Source: an uncultured delta proteobacterium | GTDB lineage: Bacteria; Myxococcota_A; Polyangia; Fen-1088 | Assembly (NCBI GenBank): GCA_963737265.1 | Contig: CAVTRY010000022.1 | Location: forward strand, 64,001 to 128,000 | Direction: 5' to 3' | DNA length: 64,000 bases | Shown here: positions 10,300-19,254 of the stretch, piece after piece | How positions within the stretch are numbered: the stretch's first letter is position 1 | Layout of the letters: each line of letters begins with the position of its first letter | Notes under the pieces: generated by a model | What the model saw: only the letters and a program-made list of their open reading frames with translations | Databases searched by the model: none | What the model was told of the DNA's origin: nothing | Position numbers and translations under genes: made by a program

Positions 10300-11232
10300 G
10301 TGAAGTCGGGTAGCCGTCTCGAACGAATCCTCGAGAGTGGTCAGTTCGCCGTCACCGCCGAAGCCGGACCTCCGAGGGGCAGCTCGGCGGAGGTCATGAT
10401 TAAGAAGGGCGAGCTGCTCAAGGACTTTTGCGACGCCGTGAACGTCACCGACAACCAGATCGCCATGGTGCGCATGTCGAGCCTGGCCGGATGCGTACTG
10501 CTCAAGCAGACCGGCGCAGAGCCGGTCTTGCAAATGGTGGTGCGCGACCGCAACCGCCTCGCCTTGCAGAGCGACCTGCTCGGTGCGGCGGCGCTCGGAA
10601 TTCGCAACGTCCTTTGCCTGGCCGGCGACCACACACGCATGGGCAATCATCCCTCCGCCATGGGGGTTTACGACATCGACCCGATCCATCTTGTCCAGAT
10701 GATCAAGACCTTGCGGGACGAGCGCCAGCTCATGAATGGCCAGCGTATCTCCGGCGAGGTCCCGGCATACATCGGCGCCGTCACCAATCCCCTGGTCGAT
10801 TCCACCGGGCTCGCTCTCCTCGGCATGCGCAAGAAAGTCTTTGCCGGTGCGGACTTCATCCAGACCCAAGCCGTCTTCGATGTCGTGAGCTTCCGCGCCT
10901 GGATGGAACAGGTAAGAAGGCTGGGGCTCCACGAGAGAACGCACATTCTTGCCAGCGTCTTGCCCATCAAGTCCGTCGAGATGGCCCACCGCATGCGCGA
11001 GGGCATTCCCGGTCTGCGCATCCCCGCCCAGTTGGTGGAACGGCTAGAGAAGGCCGAGGATGCCAAAGAGGATGCCAAAGAGGTCGGCGCCAAGATCAGC
11101 GTCGAGTTGATCGAGGAGATCCGGGCCGTGCCCGGCGTGCATGGCATCCACATCATGGCCGTGGCCTGCGAAGAGGCTGTGCCTCGCATCGTCCAGGAGG
11201 CGGGCCTGTGGCCGCGCCCGCCAGTACTTTAG
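10300..11232 (+). CDS. metF: Methylenetetrahydrofolate reductase
   Basis: 'VTAEAGPPRG', 'DAVNVTDN', 'RDRNRLALQSDLLGAAALGIRNVLCLAGD', 'GADFIQTQAVFD', 'GIHIM'. Confidence 0.9.
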   Translation: MKSGSRLERILESGQFAVTAEAGPPRGSSAEVMIKKGELLKDFCDAVNVTDNQIAMVRMSSLAGCVLLKQTGAEPVLQMVVRDRNRLALQSDLLGAAALGIRNVLCLAGDHTRMGNHPSAMGVYDIDPIHLVQMIKTLRDERQLMNGQRISGEVPAYIGAVTNPLVDSTGLALLGMRKKVFAGADFIQTQAVFDVVSFRAWMEQVRRLGLHERTHILASVLPIKSVEMAHRMREGIPGLRIPAQLVERLEKAEDAKEDAKEVGAKISVELIEEIRAVPGVHGIHIMAVACEEAVPRIVQEAGLWPRPPVL

Positions 11233-11373
11233 GCTCCAGGCTCAGGCTGTGATCCAGGCTTATGGTGCAGGCCGATCGGCATGGGTATCGGTTGCGCACG
11301 ATGCACACCGCAGATCGCGACCTCCCTGCCGGTCTCGACCAGACAACCTGAAGCCTGGTATTGAAGCCTGAAG
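11231..11373. repeat. Degenerate short-repeat inverted cluster (CAGGCT... / ...AGCCTG)
   Basis: aggct/caggct units at 11231-11260 face (tga)agcctg units at 11347-11373. Confidence 0.45.
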
Positions 11374-11377
11374 CGAG

Positions 11378-11946
11378 GGGTGCATCCCTGAAACGGGGGC
11401 CCAGCCGGCGGCTCGGTGAGGTAGCAACTTCTGGCGGAGTGCCGCCGAAAACGCAGATATGGAACAGGGAGGAACGGAGAATCAGAGACAGCATAACTTT
11501 ACTGGGCAAATTATCGCCGCCTGCATCGAAGTCCACCGTCACCCTCGGTCCGGGGCTGCTTGAGTCGGCCTACGAGCACTGCCTGGCGCGCGAGCTAGGC
11601 CTGCGTGGATTTCGCACTCAACACCAGGTCGCGATTCCTCTGCAGTACAAAGGACTTGACCTTGACTGCGGCTATCGCCTCGACCTCGTGGTGGAAGGCC
11701 GTTTGGTGGTCGAAGTCAAGGCAGTAGAACGGTTGCTTCCTGTCCACTTGGCACAGGTCATTACCTATCTCAAGCTCCTACGACTGCCGGTTGGCCTGCT
11801 CGTCAATTTCCACGTCCCCGTACTTCGCGAGGGTCTCCGCCGCCTCGTGAACCCAACCCTTGATCCCTCTGATCCTCCGTTCCTCCCTGTCTTTCCTTCC
11901 GATCCCAGCGAGGTGAAGCCCCAGCCCCCATTTCAGGGAAGCACCC
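11378..11946 (+). mobile_element. GxxExxY-carrying TIR element, copy 1 (569 bp)
   Basis: Left end GGGTGCATCCCTGAAACGGGGGC, right end GCCCCCATTTCAGGGAAGCACCC; 9-bp direct repeat TGAAGCGAG at 11369-11377 and 11947-11955. Confidence 0.92.
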
Positions 11947-12050
11947 TGAAGCGAGCCTTGGCTTGCGGGCAAAGCCCGCGCCATGAGAGAGTAAGTCCGT
12001 TCATTCCTGACACAGATCCTATGAAGCTCCAGCGGTTGCGGATACATTAG
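11459..12050 (+). pseudogene. GxxExxY protein (PD-(D/E)XK family), +1 frameshift near 11542-11544
   Basis: ATG 11459 homologous to copies 2 and 3; 'caccgtcaccctcggt' has one more C than 'caccgtcacctcggt'; downstream frame has GLLESAY and 'RLDLVVEGRLVVEVK'. Confidence 0.8.
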
Positions 12051-12133
12051 CCGTTGAGAATGCATTTTTGCCTGCGGCGATTGGTGCGCGCGGACGGACT
12101 TCGGGCTCTTCACCTATGACGGGAGACGTTGAA

Positions 12134-14722
12134 ATGAGAGAAAAGACAAAACGCAGTCACTCCGCCGCCGGTTTCGCTGCCATGGGTTTGATTGCGTTTT
12201 CAGCGTGTTCGCTGCAGCCGAAGCAGCCCAGTCTCGACGCGGCCGCAGGGGGCGGGAGCACCACTTCGGGCGGCGGCCAGGGCGGGACGTCGATCGGGGA
12301 GCAGGGTGGCACCACCGGAAGCAGTGCTGGCAGCCTGGCAGGGGGCAACCCCGCGGCCGGCAACGGCAGCGCAGGAGGCAACCCCATGGCGGGTAGCCCC
12401 GCAGGCGGCGGCGCCGGGGGCGGAGGCCCGATAGGCGGCACCTCGACCGGCGCGACCGCGGCAGGCGGGACCCGCACGGGCGGCAATTCTTCCGCTGGCG
12501 CTGGCCCCGCCGCGGGCGGAAGCCCAGCGGGTGGCGGTCTTGCTGGCGGGACTTCCGCGGGCGGGAGCGCAGCGGGTGGCAGTGTCGCCCCGGATGACCC
12601 GACCTGTTCCGCGTATACCGTTACCAGGGTCGTCAAACTGACACCGCAGGATCCGGGGGCCGCGGCGAAGCTGGCGCTAATGTCCCAGAACGACAAGATC
12701 ACCATGCTATCCGGCGACAAAGTCACCGATTGGAATGGCGATACCGCATTCCGCTCCTTCGGCGTTGCCAGCGCAGGCGTCACGATTTTCCCCATGCGCG
12801 ACGGACCGCGCGGCGTGCGCAATATCGATGGCGAGGTCGGCACCACCTGGGCCGTCGCCGAGGCGCGCGCGGCTTCTTTCGATCTGGACCTCGAATACCA
12901 GGTCGGCAAGTACCAAGGGCTGGACATGCGCGCGGCGAAGGACGATCTGGCTCTCGCGCCCACCGTCAACCTGCTTCGCCACCCGCGCTGGGCGCGCGCC
13001 CAGGAAACCTATGGCGAGGATCCCGTATTGCAAGGCGAGATGGGCGCTGCCTTTGTGCGAGGAATGCAGATAGAGGGCAACACCGCCGCTTGTCCCAAGC
13101 ACTTCGTCGGCAACGACACCGACAATAATCGCGGCACCGCCGACCCCATCTACGACGAACAGACCCTGCGCGAGAACTACACGCGGGTATTCGAGATCGT
13201 GGTCAAGAAGGGAGATCCGGCGTGCATCATGGCGGCCTACAACCTGGTCAACGACACGCACTGCACGGAAAACAAGCATATCCTGACCGATATTCTGCGC
13301 ACCGACTGGGGCTGGGCCGGTTTTGTGGTGAGCGACTGGGATGCGACGGTGGTCGGTCACGGCGCCGCGTCAATAAACGCGGGCCTCGACCTTGAAATGC
13401 CGAATCCCGCAGCCTTCACCACCCTCGCTGGCGACCTGGCCTCGGGAAACACCACCACCGCCACGCTCAACCAGGCCGTCACGCGCATCCTCAACGCGCG
13501 CATCAAACTCAATGACTTCGATCCCACCTACGTGTCGGCCGCAAAAGGCAATGGCCATGCCTCCGACACCGCGAACGTCAATCTCGCGGCGCAGACCGAG
13601 TTGGAGGGCGCGGTTCTGCTCAAGAACGATGGCATTCTCCCGCTCGGAGCCACGGCGACGGTGGTCGGCAGCGGGACTCCCAACGTCAAGACCATCGCCA
13701 TCGTCGGCCCGGACAACAACCTGCCCGTGATGCCGCAAAATGGTGTTGCCGGATCGGTTTCGGGGCTGGGCGATCGCGGAAGCAGTCAGACCACGCCGCC
13801 GCATGTGGTTTCCTATTTCCAGGGCTTGAAGGACCACGGTGGTGGCCTCACGATCAACCAAAGCGCGGACTCCTCGGCAGCGGTGGGAGCGGATGTCGTC
13901 ATCATCCCGGTCTCCATGGCCCACGAAGACGAGGGCGAGGCTTACGGCGGCGGCGCGGACCGGCAAAACATGACCCTGGATGGACCGCATCCCATCCACT
14001 GGACGACGAAGCCCGCCGCTTTCATCGCGCAAGTGGCGAAGGTGAACCCGAACATTATCGTGTTGCTCAACGTGGGCAGCGCCATCATCGTCGAAGACTG
14101 GATGGCCAGCGCAAAGGCGATCGTCCAGACCTTCTACCCCGGCCAGGAAGGCGGCGACGCCCTGGCGAAGCTGCTCTTCGGGGACGTCAACTTCTCGGGC
14201 AAGCTGCCCTTCACGGTTGGCCAGAACGAGGCCGACTATCCGGCCTTCGGCAACAGCGGCGGCGCTCGCTTCAATGTCGGCTACCTGCATGGCTACCGCC
14301 TTTTCGAGAAGAACGCCAAGCCGGTCCGCTACTGGTTCGGGTATGGACAAAGCTACACGACCTTCAAGTACAGCAACCTCCAGGTGCTTTGCTCCAAGGT
14401 TTCGTCAACGGGCCGCCTGAACGCGCAAGTGACGGTCCAGAACACGGGAAAGGTTGCCGGGACCGAGGTTGTTGAAGTTTACATTGGCTATCCCAATACG
14501 AAGGCTCCTCAACGGCCGGTCAAGGAGCTGAAGGCTTTCACGCGTGTCACGCTGGCCCCCGGCGCAAGCCAGGTCGTGCAGCTCTCCGTGCCAGCGCAAG
14601 ACATGGCCTATTGGAACACGACCACGAATGGCTGGACCGTCGAGACGGTTCAGCACACGGTTCTGGTCGGGCCGAGCGCCGACCCCACAACGCTCTTGTC
14701 AGCGCCCTTCACCATCCAGTAG
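12134..14722 (+). CDS. GH3 beta-glucosidase-family lipoprotein with Gly-rich linker and C-terminal Fn3-like domain
   Basis: GGAGA RBS before ATG 12134; lipobox-like 'FSAC'; 'RDGPRG', 'ETYGEDP', 'CPKHF', 'VVSDW', 'SGKLP', 'KELKAF'. Confidence 0.92.
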   Translation: MREKTKRSHSAAGFAAMGLIAFSACSLQPKQPSLDAAAGGGSTTSGGGQGGTSIGEQGGTTGSSAGSLAGGNPAAGNGSAGGNPMAGSPAGGGAGGGGPIGGTSTGATAAGGTRTGGNSSAGAGPAAGGSPAGGGLAGGTSAGGSAAGGSVAPDDPTCSAYTVTRVVKLTPQDPGAAAKLALMSQNDKITMLSGDKVTDWNGDTAFRSFGVASAGVTIFPMRDGPRGVRNIDGEVGTTWAVAEARAASFDLDLEYQVGKYQGLDMRAAKDDLALAPTVNLLRHPRWARAQETYGEDPVLQGEMGAAFVRGMQIEGNTAACPKHFVGNDTDNNRGTADPIYDEQTLRENYTRVFEIVVKKGDPACIMAAYNLVNDTHCTENKHILTDILRTDWGWAGFVVSDWDATVVGHGAASINAGLDLEMPNPAAFTTLAGDLASGNTTTATLNQAVTRILNARIKLNDFDPTYVSAAKGNGHASDTANVNLAAQTELEGAVLLKNDGILPLGATATVVGSGTPNVKTIAIVGPDNNLPVMPQNGVAGSVSGLGDRGSSQTTPPHVVSYFQGLKDHGGGLTINQSADSSAAVGADVVIIPVSMAHEDEGEAYGGGADRQNMTLDGPHPIHWTTKPAAFIAQVAKVNPNIIVLLNVGSAIIVEDWMASAKAIVQTFYPGQEGGDALAKLLFGDVNFSGKLPFTVGQNEADYPAFGNSGGARFNVGYLHGYRLFEKNAKPVRYWFGYGQSYTTFKYSNLQVLCSKVSSTGRLNAQVTVQNTGKVAGTEVVEVYIGYPNTKAPQRPVKELKAFTRVTLAPGASQVVQLSVPAQDMAYWNTTTNGWTVETVQHTVLVGPSADPTTLLSAPFTIQ

Positions 14723-14770
14723 AACAGCCGCCAACGTCGTTCGTCAACGCACGAATTCTAGGAGAATCCT

Positions 14771-16210
14771 ATGGATGGATGGAAGTCTTGCGGTCGAGTA
14801 CTATCAGGACCGCTTCTGCTCATTGCGGTCGGGCTTCTTGCCCCGACGGCCCAAGCTGCCCCTGTCGAATCCACGCCGAGCGACGCAGACTCCGCGCCTA
14901 AGTCCCGCCCCGAGCCAGCTCCATCGCCGGAGCCCCGCTCCGGGTCGGCTCCCGAGGCAACTCTGCCCGCTGCCGTGCCCACGGAGAGATCTTGGAGCCC
15001 GTTCGTGGAGGGCACTGGCGCCGCTCCCGAAGCCGGCGTGCCTGGTTGGCTCCTGTATCAATTCAAATACACATCGGGCTTCGAGTGGCACGGCAACATC
15101 GAAATGGATGTAGGCCAGGTTCGGTATTCGTACAGCGATCCCACCCTACAACCGGAAAAGGTTTACGATTGGCGCGGCCGTTTCGTCTTCGGGCCGATGC
15201 TGACCCACGACCTGGGGAGCCGCCTTTTCGTGCGCGTCACCGGGCAAGCCGTGGCCTGGGTTCGCGAGAACTACAATACCTATCAAATCAACGTCGACGA
15301 CGCCTACGTTCAAATTGGCGACCGGAACGGCCTGTGGGACCTGATGGCGGGACGTTTTCTCACCTGGCGGGTATTTCGCAAAGGGCTTGGCTTCGACCTC
15401 TACACCCTCGAGGACACGGGCGCGCGCTTCGCACAGAACTTCACGGATACGTCTGGATTCTTCCAGCACGCGTACGAGGTCAACACCATCTTCTTGCGCG
15501 ACAGTAACAACGTCCCACCGGGGAGAGCGGCGTTCCACCTCTATCCAACCTCGTGGTCGGGTATCGAGGCGGTGGGCACCTACGGCAGATTGGACAGCGG
15601 CGGCAACGTCCTCGGCGGTCGGTTGTCCGCCGGTGTCAACATTCTCTCCTTCGTCAACCTGCTCGGAGGCGCGGAATATGTGGCCTGGCGGCCGGCTTTT
15701 GCGCTTCCGGATCCCAACGCCGCCCCGGGGGGAGCCTTCGTCCCCTGCGACACCTGTGGCAACATCAACATCTATGGCTTGGGCGGCAGCGCCGCCCTGA
15801 CTCCCTTTCGAGGGCTGGAAATCGTCGGAGACTACGCCTATCGCCAGAGCAAGGCCTGGGACGCTCAAAAGAACGTTCTCACAACCGCCACGACAAAGAG
15901 CGGGGGCGGGTATGTGCAAATCGACCCCCTTTACCTTGCCACGCATGAATACTCGTTGATCGTGGGCGGGGGATGGTTTCATACCGAGTACCTGAGCAAC
16001 GACAATCCCCTCACTACCAATGACCAGACCTATCAGCGCCACGACCAGTATGCCGCCTATTTGGTCTACCCGCTCGGCTTCAACAACGCGGTGGTGAAAC
16101 TGGTCTACTCGCGAGCCAGCGGGCACCAGGAACATGGCGACCCCGCCACCCTAACTACCCTCGATGGCACCATGAACGCCCTGCGCCTCCGCTTCGCCTT
16201 CTACTACTAG
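14771..16210 (+). CDS. Putative outer-membrane beta-barrel protein
   Basis: Signal peptide, Pro-rich linker, amphipathic aromatic strands, C-terminal 'LRLRFAFYY'. Confidence 0.6.
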   Translation: MDGWKSCGRVLSGPLLLIAVGLLAPTAQAAPVESTPSDADSAPKSRPEPAPSPEPRSGSAPEATLPAAVPTERSWSPFVEGTGAAPEAGVPGWLLYQFKYTSGFEWHGNIEMDVGQVRYSYSDPTLQPEKVYDWRGRFVFGPMLTHDLGSRLFVRVTGQAVAWVRENYNTYQINVDDAYVQIGDRNGLWDLMAGRFLTWRVFRKGLGFDLYTLEDTGARFAQNFTDTSGFFQHAYEVNTIFLRDSNNVPPGRAAFHLYPTSWSGIEAVGTYGRLDSGGNVLGGRLSAGVNILSFVNLLGGAEYVAWRPAFALPDPNAAPGGAFVPCDTCGNINIYGLGGSAALTPFRGLEIVGDYAYRQSKAWDAQKNVLTTATTKSGGGYVQIDPLYLATHEYSLIVGGGWFHTEYLSNDNPLTTNDQTYQRHDQYAAYLVYPLGFNNAVVKLVYSRASGHQEHGDPATLTTLDGTMNALRLRFAFYY

Positions 16211-16519
16211 GCAATTTTCACACCAACCCCGCCATCGCCGCGTAGGCGCGCCGGTGGCTGGCCCATGGAAAGCGCGAAGCCATGCTGCGCGCCCCGATTC
16301 AGGCATACGAGTCCTCGCGCCGAAGGCTCACGCCACCCGTGGGCCATTGCGCGCCTGGTAGAACGAAGTCGGCCCAAGACGGGGCCGAAGGGTTTCGGGG
16401 TAACCGTTTCATCCAGGACGGCCACGACGCGATGGGAGCCGCTCGGCATGTCGGATGGGACATCCACCACAAGCTGATGGGCTGGCGTCACGATTCCCTG
16501 TCGTTTGCGGTGCTTTCAT
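16207..16519 (-). pseudogene. Frameshifted small antitoxin-like protein remnant
   Basis: AGGGG RBS and ATG 16519 (MKAPQTTG), then after a 1-nt shift 'IVTPAHQLVVDVPSDMPSGSHRVVAVLDE', resembling small beta-rich putative antitoxins. Confidence 0.4.
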
Positions 16520-16620
16520 GGCGGTCCCCTTGCTTGGAATTGTAACCGGGACAGAATCAAAGGTGAGTCGGGAATGGTTTCACTCCGCCCACCAATGGTG
16601 CGTCCCCGGCGCCCACGTCG

Positions 16621-18403
16621 GGGTGGGTTGCACGGGTCCGGGTTTCATGACTGGGCGGCCTGGGCTTGGGTGTGAGGCCAGAGGGCGAGCCAGGCCCCCG
16701 GGTTGTAGAAGGCAACCCTGAGCGCGACCATGGCTTCAAGGCCGACCTCGCTCCAGAGCATGCCGCCTTGCTTGCAGCGCCGGCCGACGAGGCGCTTGTT
16801 GGTGCTTTCGATGGCGGCACTGGCCAGCGGATAGCCGGCAGCGTGGTATGCGGGGTAGTCCATCATGTACTTGTGGCGGCTCAGGTAGCCGGTCAAGTCG
16901 TCGAGGGCTTTGACCGCTTGGCTGCCGGTGGAGCGCTGCCGCTCTTGGGCGAGGCCCGAGAGCACCTGGTCGACCTTGCCGTCCATGATGGCCTCGGTAC
17001 GTGGCAAGACCCAAGATGGCACTGCTTTCTTGTCCGGCACGACCTTGTGACCTGCCTCCCAGACATGCTGCTTGGCGTGCTGGCAGTCGAGGATGCCAAG
17101 CAACGGCTGGTCGCAGAAGATCTCGTCGCTGTGCTCGATGAAGTAAGCGCCACCGTCGGAGACACGGACTACCTTCTGGCGAGACAGCACGCCCTGGGTC
17201 GTGGCGGCGGCGTGCAGCTTGTGCCAAAAGCCGTCTCGGTCGTTGAGTGTTGCGACGTAGCGCCGGTCCAGCAAGACGCCTCGGCCGGGGCTCTCCTCGC
17301 AGGCGTGTTCCCCGAGGTAGGTCAGTCCCATGCACACCTCGCGGCCGGCGACCCGTGGTGAGCGCCCGGTGGGCCCCATGGGCGAGCCAGCGACCTCGGA
17401 CAGGGTACTCGGCGCCTGATGGCGAAGGGCACGTTCGCCGGTCTCGCTGACCGCTGCCGACTGTGTGGCGTTCGGGACCGCAGACGGCGCCTTCGCCTCG
17501 TCGGTCGCTTTGCGCCGTGGCTCTTGTCCTGGTTTCCAGGTCAGGACGTGAACACCGTCAACCTCGATCACGCCGAAGCCCTCTGTACGCTTGGGCGCAC
17601 ACAGGTCACCGCGAGCCTGGGCGTGCCACCTGTTGGTCGTACTTGCTCCAATGGGCTTCGGCATCGGCCTGGGCGGCCTGGGCGGCACGCGTTCCATCTT
17701 CGGTCACCCATCGCTTGGCGGTGCTCCCGTCGGGAGCCACGGCCCACAGGTAACGGAGTTCCTCGACGGCCTCGTCGAAGCTGCCCATCCGGCAGGCCAG
17801 CCTTTCGGTCGCCTCGCGCACATCGTCGGCGTATTCGCCCGCAGGAAGGCCCCAAGCCTCGTCAAAGGCAAACCAGCTGCGGCCGCAAACACACTCGTTG
17901 CGTCGACGATCGGCTTCCACCCGACCGAATCTCGCCACGAACGTCGTTCTCTCAAATCCTCTGGATTTGGCTTGCTTTCCACAGGTGCAGACTTGTCCAG
18001 GTCCATGAGCCCGCGCGGCCTGTTGGATGACCAGTTCCATGGCTCTTCGGCCCACAGTCGACAACGTCGTCGCCAGCGCAGCCCCCAGCGTCGCCACGGA
18101 CATGCCATCGCCGCGCAGCGCTTGTTGTTCGAGCTCGTTCAATTTCTGGACGAGCGGTTCCAGAGCCTGCAAAGTCAATCCTGCGACATTGGGTCGTCTC
18201 ATGGCGGTGCCTCCTTCTTGGATAGCTGAAGGCATCGCCATGAATCTCCTTCCTACGCAAATTCCTTCCATTTTGGGAACCACGCCAGGGCCCGTATTCC
18301 GAGCGCGCCACCCACCAACTCGCCCTCGAATCAACGTCCCGTAGCGCGCTCGGAAAACGGGCCCTTCAGCCGCCACCAGAACCCGGGCCCGTGCAACCCA
18401 CCC
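16621..18403 (-). mobile_element. ISKra4-family (prokaryotic Mutator-like) insertion sequence, 1783 bp
   Basis: 24-bp TIRs GGGTGGGTTGCACGGG(T/C)CCGGGTT; 9-bp TSD CCCACGTCG at 16612-16620 and 18404-18412. Confidence 0.9.
16645..18202 (-). pseudogene. ISKra4/UPF0236-type DDE transposase split by a frameshift near 17630
   Basis: N-half from ATG 18202 (AAGGAGG RBS, CxC...CxC motifs); C-half 'IEVDG', 'VSDGG', 'LDCQHAKQHV', 'GYPLASAAIESTNK...RCKQGGMLW'. Confidence 0.85.
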
Positions 18404-18420
18404 CCCACGTCGCGGAGGTG

Positions 18421-18449
18421 TAGGCAGCCGAGAAGTTGTCTGGTAGTAT
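18421..18449 (+). promoter_or_regulatory. Putative sigma70 promoter
   Basis: TAGGCA-17bp-TAGTAT with TG extension, upstream of ATG 18472. Confidence 0.45.
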
Positions 18450-18471
18450 TCCGACCCTGGTGGGGAAGAGA

Positions 18472-19242
18472 ATGCAGAAAGTACTTGGCTTGCTTATATG
18501 TTGCCTGGCCGTGGGGCGCGTCGCTCGGGCCGAGGATGCGGGCCAGGACTCACGCGTGGGCGAGGCGAAAGCAGCTTGTGTGGCGGGCGACGTCCAGAAG
18601 GGCGTTCGACTTTTGGCCGAGCTGTACATGGCGTCGGGCGACTCGATCTGGATCTTCAACCAGGGACGTTGCTATCACCAGAACGCTCAGCCTGCCCTCG
18701 CCTTATCCAGATTCAAGGAATTTTTGCGCAAGAGTCAAGGCGCTCTCGATGAAGATATCACGGACGCGAAGAAATACATCGCTGAAATCGAAGCCGATCA
18801 GCAACGGGAGCAGCCGGCTAGCGGGGCCGCGTCGACCGCGACAGCACCAGTGCCCGGCACCTCTGCGCAGGCCATCCCGCGCGAGCCCCGACGCGGCCTG
18901 CGCAACACCGGACTCGGAGTTGGCATTTTCGGGGGCGCGGCCTTGGTCACCGGGGCCGTGTTCACGCTGCTCGTGAAGCAGACGGCAAGCGACGTCGAGA
19001 ATCAGACCAAGAACGATGTGGTCGCGGCGTCCGCGGTCAGCGGAAAGCTCGCGGACGGTCGTCGTTACGAGACCCTGCAGTGGATTTCGTATGGGGTGGG
19101 CGCAGCGGCTGTTGCCGCTGGAGGCGTGCTTTACTGGATGGGATCGACATCCACCGCGCACAAACCTCAGGCAACATCGACGTATGCCTTTCCCGTCTTC
19201 ATGGCCAACGGCGCGGGCGCCGGTCTGAACATGGCTTTCTAG
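18472..19242 (+). CDS. Exported TPR-like protein with C-terminal hydrophobic segments
   Basis: Signal peptide; 'WIFNQGRCYHQ...ALSRFKEFLRK' TPR-like helix pair; two Gly/Ala-rich hydrophobic helices; terminal Phe. Confidence 0.7.
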   Translation: MQKVLGLLICCLAVGRVARAEDAGQDSRVGEAKAACVAGDVQKGVRLLAELYMASGDSIWIFNQGRCYHQNAQPALALSRFKEFLRKSQGALDEDITDAKKYIAEIEADQQREQPASGAASTATAPVPGTSAQAIPREPRRGLRNTGLGVGIFGGAALVTGAVFTLLVKQTASDVENQTKNDVVAASAVSGKLADGRRYETLQWISYGVGAAAVAAGGVLYWMGSTSTAHKPQATSTYAFPVFMANGAGAGLNMAF

Positions 19243-19254
19243 TCGCGTTTTCCC

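Noticed and set aside
11056-11083. 12-bp tandem duplication in metF (EDAKEDAKE)
   Set aside because: In-frame slippage in a loop with no evident wider meaning.
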